Assembly: GCA_948468225.1 (NCBI GenBank)
Contig: CAOKHH010000001.1
Location: 82,044-114,043 of the forward strand
Length of the DNA: 32,000 nt
Direction: 5' to 3'
From: an uncultured Clostridia bacterium
GTDB lineage: Bacteria; Bacillota; Clostridia; TANB77; CAG-508
Shown here: piece after piece, positions 9,994-20,382 of the stretch
Layout of the letters: every line of letters begins with the position of its first letter
How positions within the stretch are numbered: the first letter of the stretch is position 1
Position numbers and translations under genes: made by a program
The notes under the pieces: generated by a model
Databases searched by the model: none
What the model was told of the DNA's origin: nothing
What the model saw: the letters and a program-made list of their open reading frames with translations, nothing else

Positions 9994-10518
9994 AAATTGC
10001 AAATTATTTATCTATGGTGTCGATTCCACTTGTTATACTTATTATAGTAGCAAATGGGTTTGCAGAGAAGAAAAAGACATTTGATATTTTTGTAGATGGT
10101 GCCAAAGAGGGAGTAGGTATAGTAGTAAATATATTTCCTACTTTAATAGGTTTGTTTATGGCAATAAGTGCTCTAAGAGTATCTGGAATTTTGGATTTAA
10201 TTATAAATGCAATAAGTCCTATATTAAATATTCTAAAAATTCCAAGTGAAATTATGCCACTTAGCATTCTAAGACCAATATCTCGGAAGTGCTTCTATGG
10301 CAGTGGGAATAGATATAATGAAAAATTATGGAGTAGATAGTAAAATAGGAATGATAATTTCTACAATAATGGGTTCAACCGAAACAACTTTATACACAAT
10401 TGCAATATATACAAGTGTTGTAAGCATAAAAAAAACTAGAGGAGTTTTGAAGGCTGCTCTAATAGGAGATGTTATTGGAATGCTAACCGCTGTAGTATTT
10501 TGGCAGTTTTTGTCGTAA
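9990..10518 (+). CDS. spmB: Spore maturation protein B; needs a +1 frame change at CGG 10284-10286
   Basis: ORF 9990..10340 continues in the +1 frame as 10297..10518. Skipping C10284 gives ILRPIS-GSASMAVGIDIMKNYGVDSKIG. Polytopic membrane protein translationally coupled to spmA. Confidence 0.8.
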
Positions 10519-10608
10519 AAAAATCATTGACAACATGAGAATAATATAGTAATATAATTATTGTTAAATCACATAAATTTTAATTCAAATGCATTTTTAG
10601 GAGACAAA

Positions 10609-10707
10609 ATGATATTCAAAATTTTATTATTTTTTATTCTTTATTTTTCGATAAAGAAAATTATTATCAAAAAATTCTCGGAACAAATAATCAAAAGAAT
10701 TTCATAA
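10609..10707 (+). CDS. Possible 32-aa membrane peptide MIFKILLFFILYFSIKKIIIKKFSEQIIKRIS
   Basis: ATG follows AGGAGA. A TTGACA(10527)-17-TAATAT promoter-like site lies upstream. There is no homology evidence. Confidence 0.25.
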   Translation: MIFKILLFFILYFSIKKIIIKKFSEQIIKRIS

Positions 10708-10793
10708 TGATATTAATCTTGTAGAGGAGTTAATTTTTTAAAAAGAAATAAGGCCCCTTTTTATTCACCGATTCCTCTACAGCCCCCAATAAA

Positions 10794-11585
10794 TTAAACA
10801 ACATTTAGAAATGGACTTGGTTCAAATCTTGATGCAACATATAAATCAACCGAATTTTTATTATAATTATTAGTTGCTAATTCTTCTAAAACAGTTTGCT
10901 CTGCTAATTCTGGGAAATTGTTTTCTTTACTTAAATGACCTAGCATAGCACTTTTTAAACCAGAATCAATTAACTTAGAAATAGTATCTCCAGCTTCATT
11001 GTTTGGAAGATGTCCATTTGGTCCTGCGATTCTTCTTTTTAAACTATAAGGATATGATGAATAGCGTAAAACTTCTGGGTCATAGTTAGATTCTAGCAAT
11101 ACAAAAGTACTGTTTTTTAAATTAGTAAAAATAGAAGGAGTGATATGTCCAATATCTGTTGCAATACTTATTTTTTTGTTTGAGCCAAATATATTAAATC
11201 CACAAGGATCTGCTGCATCGTGAGGTATGCTAAATGCAAGTATTTCTAAAGAACCAATAGAAAATTTATTATCTATCATAAATTTTCTTTGACAATCCAA
11301 AGGAACTTTTTTTGCTTCGGTTGGCATTGCTTTCCAAGTTTTATCGTTTGCAAAAACAGGAATATTATATTTTTTAGATAAAGTCCCAATACTTTTAATA
11401 TGGTCGCTATGCTCGTGTGTTATAAGTATAGCTTCAATTTGACTAATACTAATACCTATACTATTTAAGGCCTCAACTATTTTTGTGGCACTAACACCTG
11501 CATCAACTAGAATGTAGGTGTTATCATTTTGTACTAATAGACTATTTCCTGTGCTTCCACTATATAAACTGCAGAATTTTAACAT
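10794..11585 (-). CDS. MBL-fold metallo-hydrolase
   Basis: HEHSDH (HxHxDH) motif and later conserved His/Asp residues. AAGGAG lies before ATG 11585. Confidence 0.85.
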   Translation of the reverse strand: MLKFCSLYSGSTGNSLLVQNDNTYILVDAGVSATKIVEALNSIGISISQIEAILITHEHSDHIKSIGTLSKKYNIPVFANDKTWKAMPTEAKKVPLDCQRKFMIDNKFSIGSLEILAFSIPHDAADPCGFNIFGSNKKISIATDIGHITPSIFTNLKNSTFVLLESNYDPEVLRYSSYPYSLKRRIAGPNGHLPNNEAGDTISKLIDSGLKSAMLGHLSKENNFPELAEQTVLEELATNNYNKNSVDLYVASRFEPSPFLNVV

Positions 11586-11611
11586 TTGTATTACTCCTTT
11601 TGATAGTATAC

Positions 11612-11667
11612 GGAACGACGTTGGTCTCGAACCTACATTTTATTATAGGGTCGACCATTGGTCGACC
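11612..11667. repeat. Head-to-head pair of degenerate REP-like elements
   Basis: Minus-strand copy: gtaggttcgagaccaacgtcgttcc (11636 to 11612). Plus-strand copy: atagggtcgaccattggtcgacc (11645-11667). Located between the MBL gene start and the murA stop. Confidence 0.6.
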
Positions 11668-11672
11668 GTTTA

Positions 11673-12932
11673 TTATTCGCTAACTCGTTCAATTTTTGCT
11701 CCTAGGATTCTAAATTTTTCTTCTATATTCTCATAACCTCTATCAATATGGTCTAAGTTATATACTTCAGTTTTTCCATTTGCTGCAATTCCAGCTATTA
11801 TAAGAGCTGCACCAGCACGTAGATCTGTTGAATAAACTGGAGCGCCAGAAAGAGATTTTACTCCTTCGAAAAATGCAGATTTACCTTGAGCAGTTATCTT
11901 TGCTCCCATTTTGCACAATTCCTGCGTATATTGAAATCTAGATTCCCAAATACTTTCATTTATTGTGCTTGTACCGTCAGCAATAGATAATACAACACCT
12001 GCTTGAGGTTGTAAATCTGTTGGAAATCCAGGATATGGTAGAGTTTTAATGTTTGCTTTATTTGGTTTTTTTGTACATTTTACTCTTAATTTATCTCCAT
12101 CTTCTTCAACTGTTCCACCCATTTCTATTACTTTGGCAGTTATAGACTCTAAATGCTTTGTTATACAATTATTTATTGTAATATCTCCTCTTGTTGCCAT
12201 TGCCGCAAACATAAATGTACCAGCTTCAATTTGGTCTGGAACTATAGAATATGTAGAGCCACCTTTTAGTTCTTTTACACCATTGATTTTTATAACATCT
12301 GTTCCAGCGCCTCTTATATCTGCTCCCATTGTATTTAAAAAATTCGCAACATCAACAATATGAGGTTCTTTGGCAGCATTATCTATTATTGTAGTACCTT
12401 CTGCTAAAACACTTGCAAGTATTACATTTATAGTTGCTCCAACTGAAACTATATCCATGTATATAGAAGTTCCTACAAGTTTTTTTGCACTTGCAGTTAT
12501 ATTACCCTGAGTAACATCCACATTAGCACCTAGTGCTTCAAAGCCTTTAATATGTTGATCTATTGGACGTGCACCTAAATTGCATCCTCCAGGAAGACCA
12601 ACTTGTACACTTTTACATCTGCCAAGCATAGATCCAATTAAATAATATGATGCTCTGAACTTTCTTGTTATATCTAAAGGTGCTTGTGTGCAACAAATAT
12701 CTCTAGTATCTATTGTTATTTCATTTTTTGTAATCCAAGTTATTTTAGCACCGATTTTTTCTAATATTTCGCAATATAATTTAACATCACTAATGTTTGG
12801 TAAGTTTTCAATTCTACATATACCATTTATCAATAATGTTGCAGGTAAAATTGCTACGGCAGCATTCTTTGCGCCACTTATAGTAACTTCACCTTTTAGA
12901 GGAGTACCTCCTGTAATAACCAATTTTTCCAA
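11673..12932 (-). CDS. murA: UDP-N-acetylglucosamine 1-carboxyvinyltransferase
   Basis: TTG start after GGGGG. Motifs GAKNAAV and LPGGCNLGARPIDQH (active-site Cys loop). Full-length 419-aa EPSP-synthase-fold protein. Confidence 0.93.
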   Translation of the reverse strand: MEKLVITGGTPLKGEVTISGAKNAAVAILPATLLINGICRIENLPNISDVKLYCEILEKIGAKITWITKNEITIDTRDICCTQAPLDITRKFRASYYLIGSMLGRCKSVQVGLPGGCNLGARPIDQHIKGFEALGANVDVTQGNITASAKKLVGTSIYMDIVSVGATINVILASVLAEGTTIIDNAAKEPHIVDVANFLNTMGADIRGAGTDVIKINGVKELKGGSTYSIVPDQIEAGTFMFAAMATRGDITINNCITKHLESITAKVIEMGGTVEEDGDKLRVKCTKKPNKANIKTLPYPGFPTDLQPQAGVVLSIADGTSTINESIWESRFQYTQELCKMGAKITAQGKSAFFEGVKSLSGAPVYSTDLRAGAALIIAGIAANGKTEVYNLDHIDRGYENIEEKFRILGAKIERVSE

Positions 12933-13074
12933 TTAAATTACCCCCAAATATATTTTTTGCGTATAAATTCATTATTTTACGAAATAAAATATACCATAAA
13001 AGAGTTAGTATTACAACTATTTTTTATAAAATAAAATAAAATTTGGTTAATAATTAAAGTATATTTTATGAAAA

Positions 13075-13159
13075 GTAGGGGCGAGCAAAAGCTCATCAGT
13101 TCTTCGGAGAATATTCTAGAAAGGTCTGCGAAGAAAAGACGACCAATGGTCGCCCCTAC
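13075..13159. repeat. REPIN-like doublet: two GTAGGGGCGA heads in inverted orientation enclosing an inner hairpin
   Basis: gtaggggcgagcaaaagctcatcag-ttcttcg..cgaagaa-aagacgaccaatggtcgcccctac. The outer 10-11 nt are exact reverse complements. Confidence 0.8.
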
Positions 13160-13191
13160 TTTTTAATGAGTTTTAATAGTGTATAAATTAT

Positions 13192-13830
13192 TTATTGCTT
13201 TGCGACAAGTCCCCAGCTTTGAAACATTTCTACTAATTTAAATTTAAATTTAACCTCAGTATTAGCACCTGTAATCAAATCATATTCTTCAGAGGAAATA
13301 TCATTTTTTAAAGTTTCTTTCGATTCTTCTGGAACTATTCCAGAGGTTACATCAACAAAACATAGGGGAGGAAACATTACACACCACCAGTTTTTACCAC
13401 TTGCGTTACCTATTTCGACTCGTAAAGCATCATAAAAACCTGCAGGAAATGATACATCTCCATAAGTTTTTGTTGGAAATTCAAAGTTGCCAATAGATAC
13501 ATTAATATTATAATTATAACCGTTTTGAATTACAGTATCTTGTGCTACTTTTTTTATATTTTCCAAATTATCTTGTGCGATTTTAATATAATCATTTTTA
13601 GAGATACTATTTTCGCAAATTGTTTTCATATATTCAATTATTTTATCTCGAACTATATATTTTAAATTTTGATCTGAATCCGAATCGCTATTTGCAATTA
13701 CATGTAGTCTAAATACACTGTCTGCCAAATTTGTTGAAACTTCTGTGGCATAAGATAGTGCAGATATGAATATAAATAGTAATAGTAGAAATATTACCAA
13801 TGTAAAACGATTTAATAAGAACTTTTTCAT
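13192..13830 (-). CDS. spoIIR: Stage II sporulation protein R
   Basis: N-terminal signal anchor. RLHVIANSDSDSDQNLKYIVRDKI and WWCVMFPPLCF are hallmark SpoIIR motifs. Confidence 0.88.
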   Translation of the reverse strand: MKKFLLNRFTLVIFLLLLFIFISALSYATEVSTNLADSVFRLHVIANSDSDSDQNLKYIVRDKIIEYMKTICENSISKNDYIKIAQDNLENIKKVAQDTVIQNGYNYNINVSIGNFEFPTKTYGDVSFPAGFYDALRVEIGNASGKNWWCVMFPPLCFVDVTSGIVPEESKETLKNDISSEEYDLITGANTEVKFKFKLVEMFQSWGLVAKQ

Positions 13831-14009
13831 AATTAATCACAATCCTTTCCAAGGTATGGATCAAGTTTTTTCAAACTTACTTCCAATACTGTAAAATTAT
13901 TTCATTATAAAAAGTATTAACCAAAATTTAAAAAATATACATTTTTTCAGGGCTAATGAACGATGTCGAATTAAATTGTATAAAATTTTGTAATATTTCT
14001 GTAATAATA

Positions 14010-14038
14010 TTGACACATTTGAAATAAAATGGTAAAAT
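14010..14038 (+). promoter_or_regulatory. Sigma-A-type promoter candidate
   Basis: TTGACA 14010-14015, 17 nt spacer, TGgTAAAAT (-10 at 14033-14038). Confidence 0.45.
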
Positions 14039-14074
14039 TTACCAGTAGTTAAAAATTATGAGGAGGCCCTAAGT

Positions 14075-14599
14075 ATGTACAGTAATGAAAATATTAAAAA
14101 AGTATGTAGTTTTTGTGTAAGTGATTTACATTTAATCACAATGTTACTCCCATATTTAAATAAGAAAATAAAAGCAAAAGAAAAAGTTGTAACAATATTT
14201 GAAAAAGATTTAGAAGAACAAACAAATTTGGTTTTATCAAGATTAACACTAAACGAAGAAGAAAAATTGAACTTATTGAAAACAAATTGGAATAGAAAGA
14301 TAATATATAATTTTGAAATAATAGAAGAAGAAATAATTAAAATGTGTAATAATAATAAAGTAAATATTATTATAAATGGAAGTAAAGAGTATATAGAAGC
14401 GGTAAATCACAAATTAAATGAAATATTTAATAATTTGAAATTCAAAAGTGAAATTAAGATAATAAATTGTTATGATATAACTAAATTAGATGAAGACATA
14501 AAAGATATACTAAAATCACATGACACAATACTTAATACATCTGGAGAAAAAGAAATATCAGAAGTATTTGAAGGTTACGAAAAGCAAAAAGGTGCATAA
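14075..14599 (+). CDS. Hypothetical cytoplasmic protein (174 aa)
   Basis: Strong GAGGAGG RBS and coding-like composition. I recognise no family. Confidence 0.6.
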   Translation: MYSNENIKKVCSFCVSDLHLITMLLPYLNKKIKAKEKVVTIFEKDLEEQTNLVLSRLTLNEEEKLNLLKTNWNRKIIYNFEIIEEEIIKMCNNNKVNIIINGSKEYIEAVNHKLNEIFNNLKFKSEIKIINCYDITKLDEDIKDILKSHDTILNTSGEKEISEVFEGYEKQKGA

Positions 14600-14609
14600 T
14601 TGCACCTTT
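14588..14609. terminator. Bidirectional hairpin shared by convergent gene ends
   Basis: aaaggtgca-taat-tgcaccttt overlaps both stop codons. Confidence 0.55.
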
Positions 14610-15168
14610 ATTTATTCATTAGCAACCAATTTCTAGCCAAAATCGTATCTGTATGAATTGGGCTATTTCTTTCTAAACATTCTTTTATAGTCAAATTTAA
14701 CATATACAATATACTTTCATCTAAATCTTTAAATGCTAAATCTCGTATATAATCAACATTTTCATAAGTTCTATCTAATCCAATTCCATCTGCAATAAAT
14801 AATATTTTGGATAACAAATCCATATTTTCTCCTCCAGTCGTATGAAGAGAAATTGCCCTACACATTTTATCCGAAAATCCAAAATCTTTTTTACATATAT
14901 CTGCTCCGATTTTTGCATGCAATAGAGTAGGGGAATATCGTTCTACAATACAAACAGGAATATTATTATCTTTTGCGTATTTTAGTTTTTCATCAGATGG
15001 CATTTCTTTTGCAATATCGTGAGCAAGACCGAGAAGTCTTGCTTCTTCTATATTTACATTATAATGTTTTGCTAATTTTTCGCACATTTCCATTACACAT
15101 ATGCTATGGAAAAAACGCTTTTCAGATAATTTATTTTTTAATACATTTTTTAATTCTTCTATTTCCAT
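14608..15168 (-). CDS. yqeK: HD-domain bis(5'-nucleosyl)-tetraphosphatase YqeK
   Basis: HD motif LGLAHDIAK and HTTGG. About 186 aa. Confidence 0.8.
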   Translation of the reverse strand: MEIEELKNVLKNKLSEKRFFHSICVMEMCEKLAKHYNVNIEEARLLGLAHDIAKEMPSDEKLKYAKDNNIPVCIVERYSPTLLHAKIGADICKKDFGFSDKMCRAISLHTTGGENMDLLSKILFIADGIGLDRTYENVDYIRDLAFKDLDESILYMLNLTIKECLERNSPIHTDTILARNWLLMNK

Positions 15169-15176
15169 AAATTCTC

Positions 15177-16226
15177 CTATCTATTCAATCCCAATTCAAT
15201 CAATTCATCCAATAATTCGCTATATTTTAATCCTGCTTCTTCCCATAATTTTGGGTACATACTAATACTTGTAAATCCAGGAAGAGTATTTATTTCATTT
15301 AAATATATTTTAGATGTATCTTTATCTACAAAGAAATCTACTCTAGATAGTCCTTTACCATCTATTGCTTTAAATGCTTTTGCTGCTAGACGTCTTATCT
15401 CATTAGAAATTTCTTCTGGTATTTTTGCTGGGATACAAAGTGCAGAATTTGAATTTTTGTATTTTGCATCAAAACTATAAAATTCTTCAGCAGGTAGTAT
15501 TTCTCCTACGCAAGAGGCTTTAACATTTTCATTCCCAAGAACGGCACATTCAACTTCATGGCCATTTATAAATTCTTCTACTAATATCTTTTTATCATAT
15601 TTACTTGCATATTCTATATAATTTTCTAATTCCTCTAAATTGTTAGCTTTATTTACGCCAACTGAAGACCCAGAATTAGAAGGTTTAATGAATAATGGAA
15701 ATCCTAATTTTTTAGAAATAACTTCACTTACTTCTTTAATAGAAAGGATTATTTCGTTAAATTCATCATCTACATATATGTATTTTTCATTATATTTTCT
15801 AATATATGCATATTTGGCTTGATTGATTTTTGCCTTATCTAAGACTATTTTTGTATATGCCTTATCCATACCAACTGCGGAAGATAAGATATTGCAACCA
15901 ACATAAGGCTTTTTTAATAATTCAAATAAGCCTTGAATACTTCCATCTTCGCCATATAATCCGTGTAATACAGGAAATATTATATCTAATCCATTTAAAT
16001 ATTCTATAACATTTTCAATTTTTTCATTAGAATTTATAGAATCTCCAACACTTAAAATTCTTTTATCAGGATCAAAATATTTATACCAAATTCCTGCTTT
16101 ATCAATATAAATTGGATAAATATCATATTTTTTACTATCTAAATTTTTTATTACAGACGTTCCAGAGACAATAGAAACATCATGCTCAGTAGACATTCCA
16201 CCAAAAATAACACCAACTTTTAACAT
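15177..16226 (-). CDS. ddl: D-alanine--D-alanine ligase
   Basis: GGMSTEHDVS, LHGLYGEDGSIQG and NTLPGFTSISMYPKLW (ATP-grasp). The ATG abuts the murF stop. Confidence 0.93.
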   Translation of the reverse strand: MLKVGVIFGGMSTEHDVSIVSGTSVIKNLDSKKYDIYPIYIDKAGIWYKYFDPDKRILSVGDSINSNEKIENVIEYLNGLDIIFPVLHGLYGEDGSIQGLFELLKKPYVGCNILSSAVGMDKAYTKIVLDKAKINQAKYAYIRKYNEKYIYVDDEFNEIILSIKEVSEVISKKLGFPLFIKPSNSGSSVGVNKANNLEELENYIEYASKYDKKILVEEFINGHEVECAVLGNENVKASCVGEILPAEEFYSFDAKYKNSNSALCIPAKIPEEISNEIRRLAAKAFKAIDGKGLSRVDFFVDKDTSKIYLNEINTLPGFTSISMYPKLWEEAGLKYSELLDELIELGLNR

Positions 16227-17619
16227 TTAAAAATCCTCCTTAATCTTATTAACAATTTCTATAAAGTTCATTCCGTGAGATGCTTTTAAAAACACAACAT
16301 CATTAGGTTGTAAAATTTCATTTAATTTTTCTATTGCTTCATTATTGTTATCTAAGCAATACGTTTGGCGAAAATCAAATCCAGAATTTATTGCACCTTT
16401 CCAAATGTAAGCAGATTCTTTACCTACTGTAATTAAAATATCTATATTATTTTTTGTTACTTCTTTTCCTACATCCTCGTGTAATTGTTCTGAAAAATCT
16501 CCTAATGCCAACATATCTCCCAAAACTGCTATCTTTCTTTGATTTGAGTACTTACCTAAATACTCAAGTCCAGCCTTCATAGAATCATAACTTGCGTTAT
16601 ATGTATCATTTATTATAGTTATATCATTTTTTGTATGATGAATTTCCATTCTATTTTTTGTTAATTCAAAGTTTTGAATACCAGATATTATATCTAAAAT
16701 AGGTATATCTAATTGCAAACCAACTAGAATTGCGGCTAAACTATTATATATAAAAGGTTTACCGCTAACAGGAACTTTAATATTAAATGGTTCATTGTTA
16801 ATTTTAACTAAAAAATTACTATCATCTTTATTATAAACTATACTATCTGGTGATATTGTTGATTTTTCATCAATTCCAAAAGTTATAATTTTATCTGATT
16901 TATTTCCTTCATAGTATTTATGTAGTAAATCATTATCATTATTTATTATTAGTTTTCCGATTAGATGATAATCCTTCTAAAATTTCCAGTTTAGCTTTTA
17001 AAATATTTTCTCTAGAACCTAAATTGCCTATGTGCGAAGTACCAATATTTGTTATTACTGCAAGAGTTGGTTCTGCTGTTTTAGAAAGATTTCTAATTTC
17101 ACCTGCATGTTCCATTCCTAATTCTACAACAACAGCAGTATGATCCTTTAAATTTAATAAAGTTAATGGTAATCCAATTTGATTATTTAAGTTTCCTTGG
17201 GTTTTTAAAACGTTATATTTTTTAGATACCACACTTGCAATAATATCTTTAGTGCTGGTTTTTCCAACACTCCCAGTAACTGCAACAACGGGAATATTAT
17301 ATTGTTTTCTTCTGTAATTTGCGAGACTTTGTAATGCACAAACAGAATCTTTAACTTGAATAATTACTTTAGATTTATAATTTTTCAAAATAGAATCATC
17401 AATATCTCCATCAGTAATGCAACCTATAGCACCTAAATCTAGTGCTTGTTTGCAAAATACATTTCCATCAAAATTTTCTCCTTTTATTCCAACATATATA
17501 TCTTCTGGTTTAATTGTACGTGTGTCCTTTGAAAAAGTAGATATTTTTGTATTTTCATCTCCGCATAAAAGCTTTGCGTTACAAGCCTTTATAATATCTT
17601 TAACAGTAAGTTCTTGCAC
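16227..17619 (-). CDS. murF: UDP-N-acetylmuramoyl-tripeptide--D-alanyl-D-alanine ligase; needs a +1 frame change at CGG 16959-16957
   Basis: ORF 16939..17637 (VTGSVGKTSTKD P-loop) ends LSSN-CGG-... Skipping C16959 gives LSSN-GKLIINNDNDLLHKYYEG.. This frame runs open into ORF 16227..16718. The probable start is GTG 17619, 7 nt after AGGAGAGG; ATG 17637 is the alternative. Confidence 0.88.
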
Positions 17620-17697
17620 TTTAAATCCTCTCCTCATATCATAATATGAATATTTTATAACAAAATTTACAAAAAATAAAGTAAAATTATAAATTCA

Positions 17698-17726
17698 TTG
17701 ACAAATACATATATACAATATAAAAT
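17698..17726 (+). promoter_or_regulatory. Sigma-A-type promoter candidate
   Basis: TTGACA 17698-17703, 17 nt spacer, TAAAAT 17721-17726. Confidence 0.45.
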
Positions 17727-17759
17727 TATGATAATATTTATATAAATAGGAGATAGAAA

Positions 17760-18203
17760 TTGAATAAAATAAAAGAATTATACGAAAAATATCATGAAAT
17801 TATTTTATATTTGATTTTTGGAGTATTAACTACAGTTGTAAGTTTAATTGTGAAATATGCGCTATTGTTTACAGTATTAGAAGCAAGTAATGCATTCGAA
17901 CTTCAAGTTGCAGTAGTAGTTTCTTGGATAGTAGCTGTATTATTTGCGTATTTTACAAATAGAAAATTTGTATTCGAAAGCAAAACGAATAGTAAATTAA
18001 AAGAATTTGTGAATTTTATTCTTGCTAGAATTGCAACATTATTATTAGATATGTTCATTATGTGGTTTTTTGTAACATTACTTAAATTAAATTCAGACTT
18101 ATATGTGGTAATAGTTACTTTAATATCTCAAGTTTTAGTAATCATAGCAAATTATATATTAAGCAAACTATTCGTATTCAAAAAACAAAACAAAATAACA
18201 TAA
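17760..18203 (+). CDS. GtrA-family membrane protein
   Basis: TTG start after AGGAGA. Four hydrophobic segments. The YFTNRKFVF motif is typical of GtrA-like proteins. Confidence 0.75.
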   Translation: MNKIKELYEKYHEIILYLIFGVLTTVVSLIVKYALLFTVLEASNAFELQVAVVVSWIVAVLFAYFTNRKFVFESKTNSKLKEFVNFILARIATLLLDMFIMWFFVTLLKLNSDLYVVIVTLISQVLVIIANYILSKLFVFKKQNKIT

Positions 18204-18209
18204 AATAGC

Positions 18210-18261
18210 AACCAACATATAATAATATTTTTTATTTAAAAAATATTATTATATGTTGGTT
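18210..18261. terminator. 24-bp perfect hairpin, bidirectional terminator between the GtrA gene and ypeB
   Basis: aaccaacatataataatatttttt-attt-aaaaaatattattatatgttggtt. Confidence 0.7.
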
Positions 18262-18267
18262 TAAAAT

Positions 18268-19660
18268 TTACATAGTCAATGTCCCATTAGGTGTATTTAT
18301 AATAACCAAAATATTTTCTTCTTTTCCGATTTTCAGCGTTTATATAAACCAAAAAGTCTGTATCATCAACTTTGCCTTTAAATTCATAACAAAATATTTC
18401 AGTTTTCCATTCTGTTGGAATAATTGCAAATCCTTCACTTAAAATTTCTAGTTTTTGATTTAAGTGAGATTTCGCTTCTTCAAGTGTTATGCCAGGCTCA
18501 GGAATTTGTCTGATCTCGTGTGAATTTAAATATCCAGTCGTTTCCATCCCTAAGATTTCACCATTATCTAAAGCAATTTTCACTTTAATTAAATCTGTAT
18601 AAACTATAACTCCATCTTGACTATATGCATAATTTATTGTTATAATTCCGCTTTCTTTTAGGAAGTAAGTTTCTTTCATGTTCGAATATCCTTTAGATTC
18701 AAGAAATTCTTTTCCAATTCTATTAGCATCTTCATCAGATATTACTTCAGCACCAATATCTCTATTGTAATTCATAAATACAATATGTCCACCTTTTTTG
18801 GAAACAGCAATGTTTACAGGATTATTTTTGTTTCCGTTGTTTAATATACAATTAAAACTAAAGGAAGGAATATTTCCGTTTTCAGATAATCCTGAAGAAT
18901 TAATTTCCTTTATTCTATCTTTTCCAATTAGATTTTCTGCAATACTACGTGCTTTATCTTCTGATATCTCATCTCCAGTAAGTCCTTTTTTATCAGCTTT
19001 ATCAATATGTTCAGAATATGCACCATCATAAATTAAACCAGCATACTCACCAAAATTGGAGTCTATATTGCTAAAACTATCTTTTGAATTGTTACTTACC
19101 TGTTGAGCAAACATAGTATTTCCTTTTTTAGTTAGTTCTTTCCAACTTATAGTACCATCTGTCATTTCGGCAGATAGCTGATTTAAAGTGTTTTGCAAAT
19201 CCACGCAATACTTGTGTAAGTCTTGTAAATTATCTAAATCTTCTTGTGTAAGAGATTCATTATAAATATTTTTTCTAGATAGAGAATAGCTATAATCACT
19301 AACTTGATTTAAGAACTTTTCTGTATTAGACAATCCTTCGTTGTTAATTGGAATTTGAGATAAATATATTTGGGCTAAATTAGCCTCTTTCCATACCTTA
19401 GTTAGAGTTTCTGCACCATGTTCAGGAGATGTTGAAATAAGTGATTTTGCTAAATAATTTTCAACATTTTGTACATAATCCACAAGTTCAAAAAAGGCTA
19501 AATTATATTGATTCTCCATTGCCTGTTTATATTCTCGTTGTTTTTTGTATATAACTCCACCTAAAACAAGACATACTATAATAAGGACAATAATAATGCT
19601 AAACATATGCCTGTCCTTCAATCTATTTTTCCAATCAATTACTTTTTCTTTTAAATTCAT
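18268..19660 (-). CDS. ypeB: Germination protein YpeB; needs a +1 frame change at CGG 18328-18326
   Basis: ATG 19660 (MNLKEK). N-terminal TM segment and PepSY-like C-terminal half. Lies directly downstream of sleB. The 0-frame ends NAEN-CGG-... Skipping C18328 gives NAEN-GKEENILVIINTPNGTLTM and stop 18270-18268. Confidence 0.82.
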
Positions 19661-19741
19661 AAAATCCAAATCCTTTCTAATAGTTATAATTCATAAATAA
19701 TTATATAAAAAAGTGAATTCGCCACTCTTGACTCCCTTATC

Positions 19742-19764
19742 GTAGGGGCGGGCATTGCTCGTCC
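19742..19764 (+). repeat. REP-like element in the sleB-ypeB spacer
   Basis: gtaggggcgggcattgctcgtcc. It differs by one base from the copy at 1634. Confidence 0.8.
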
Positions 19765-19788
19765 GCTATAAGGTGACTGATGGTTCTT

Positions 19789-20261
19789 TTATTTGCAAAA
19801 ATTATGTTTTCCAATAGTTTTCACAATTTGTCTAGACCAAATCCATTTACTTGTTGCTGTATCAGGATTAAAATAATAAATACACCCGATTTGTTGGGTC
19901 CCAACCATTTAGTGCATCACGAGCAGCTTTAACCACAGTAGAATTTGGATCAATCGGCACATTTATTTGTCCATCAGAAACTGCAGTAAAAGCACCAGGC
20001 TGATAAATTACTCCTGCAATAGTATTTGGAAAACTCGAATGTTTTACCCTATTTAAAATAACAGCACCGTACTGCAACTTGACCTTCATAAGACTCACCA
20101 CGAGCTTCTCCGTTAATTGCACGAGCAAGAAGTTGGACATCAGAAGACGAATTACTAGTACCAGCGGCTAAAATTTTATTTGGCATAGTACTTATGCAAA
20201 AACAAAACAATATTAAACTTAAAAATATTACTATAATGAAAATAAAGCTATTACTTTTCAA
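19789..20261 (-). CDS. sleB: Spore cortex-lytic enzyme SleB-type cell wall hydrolase; needs two +1 frame changes (CGG 20069-20067 and 19888-19886)
   Basis: TTG start after AGGAGG, then a signal peptide. Skipping C20069 gives EGQVAV-GAVILNRVKHSSFPNTIAGVIYQPGAFTAV. Skipping C19888 gives GWDPTN-GCIYYFNPDTATSKWIW..HNFCK. Both are Hydrolase_2-family motifs. Confidence 0.85.
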
Positions 20262-20326
20262 AATATCCTCCTAAAAATCAATTTAAATATATTTTTAGTT
20301 AAAATAGCATAAATTATACTTTAAAA

Positions 20327-20355
20327 TTTACAAAAAATTCAAATAGTGATATAAT
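20327..20355 (+). promoter_or_regulatory. Sigma-A-type promoter candidate
   Basis: TTTACA 20327-20332, 17 nt spacer, TGaTATAAT (-10 at 20350-20355). Confidence 0.45.
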
Positions 20356-20382
20356 TTAAAAAATTAAAATTTGGGGGAATAT

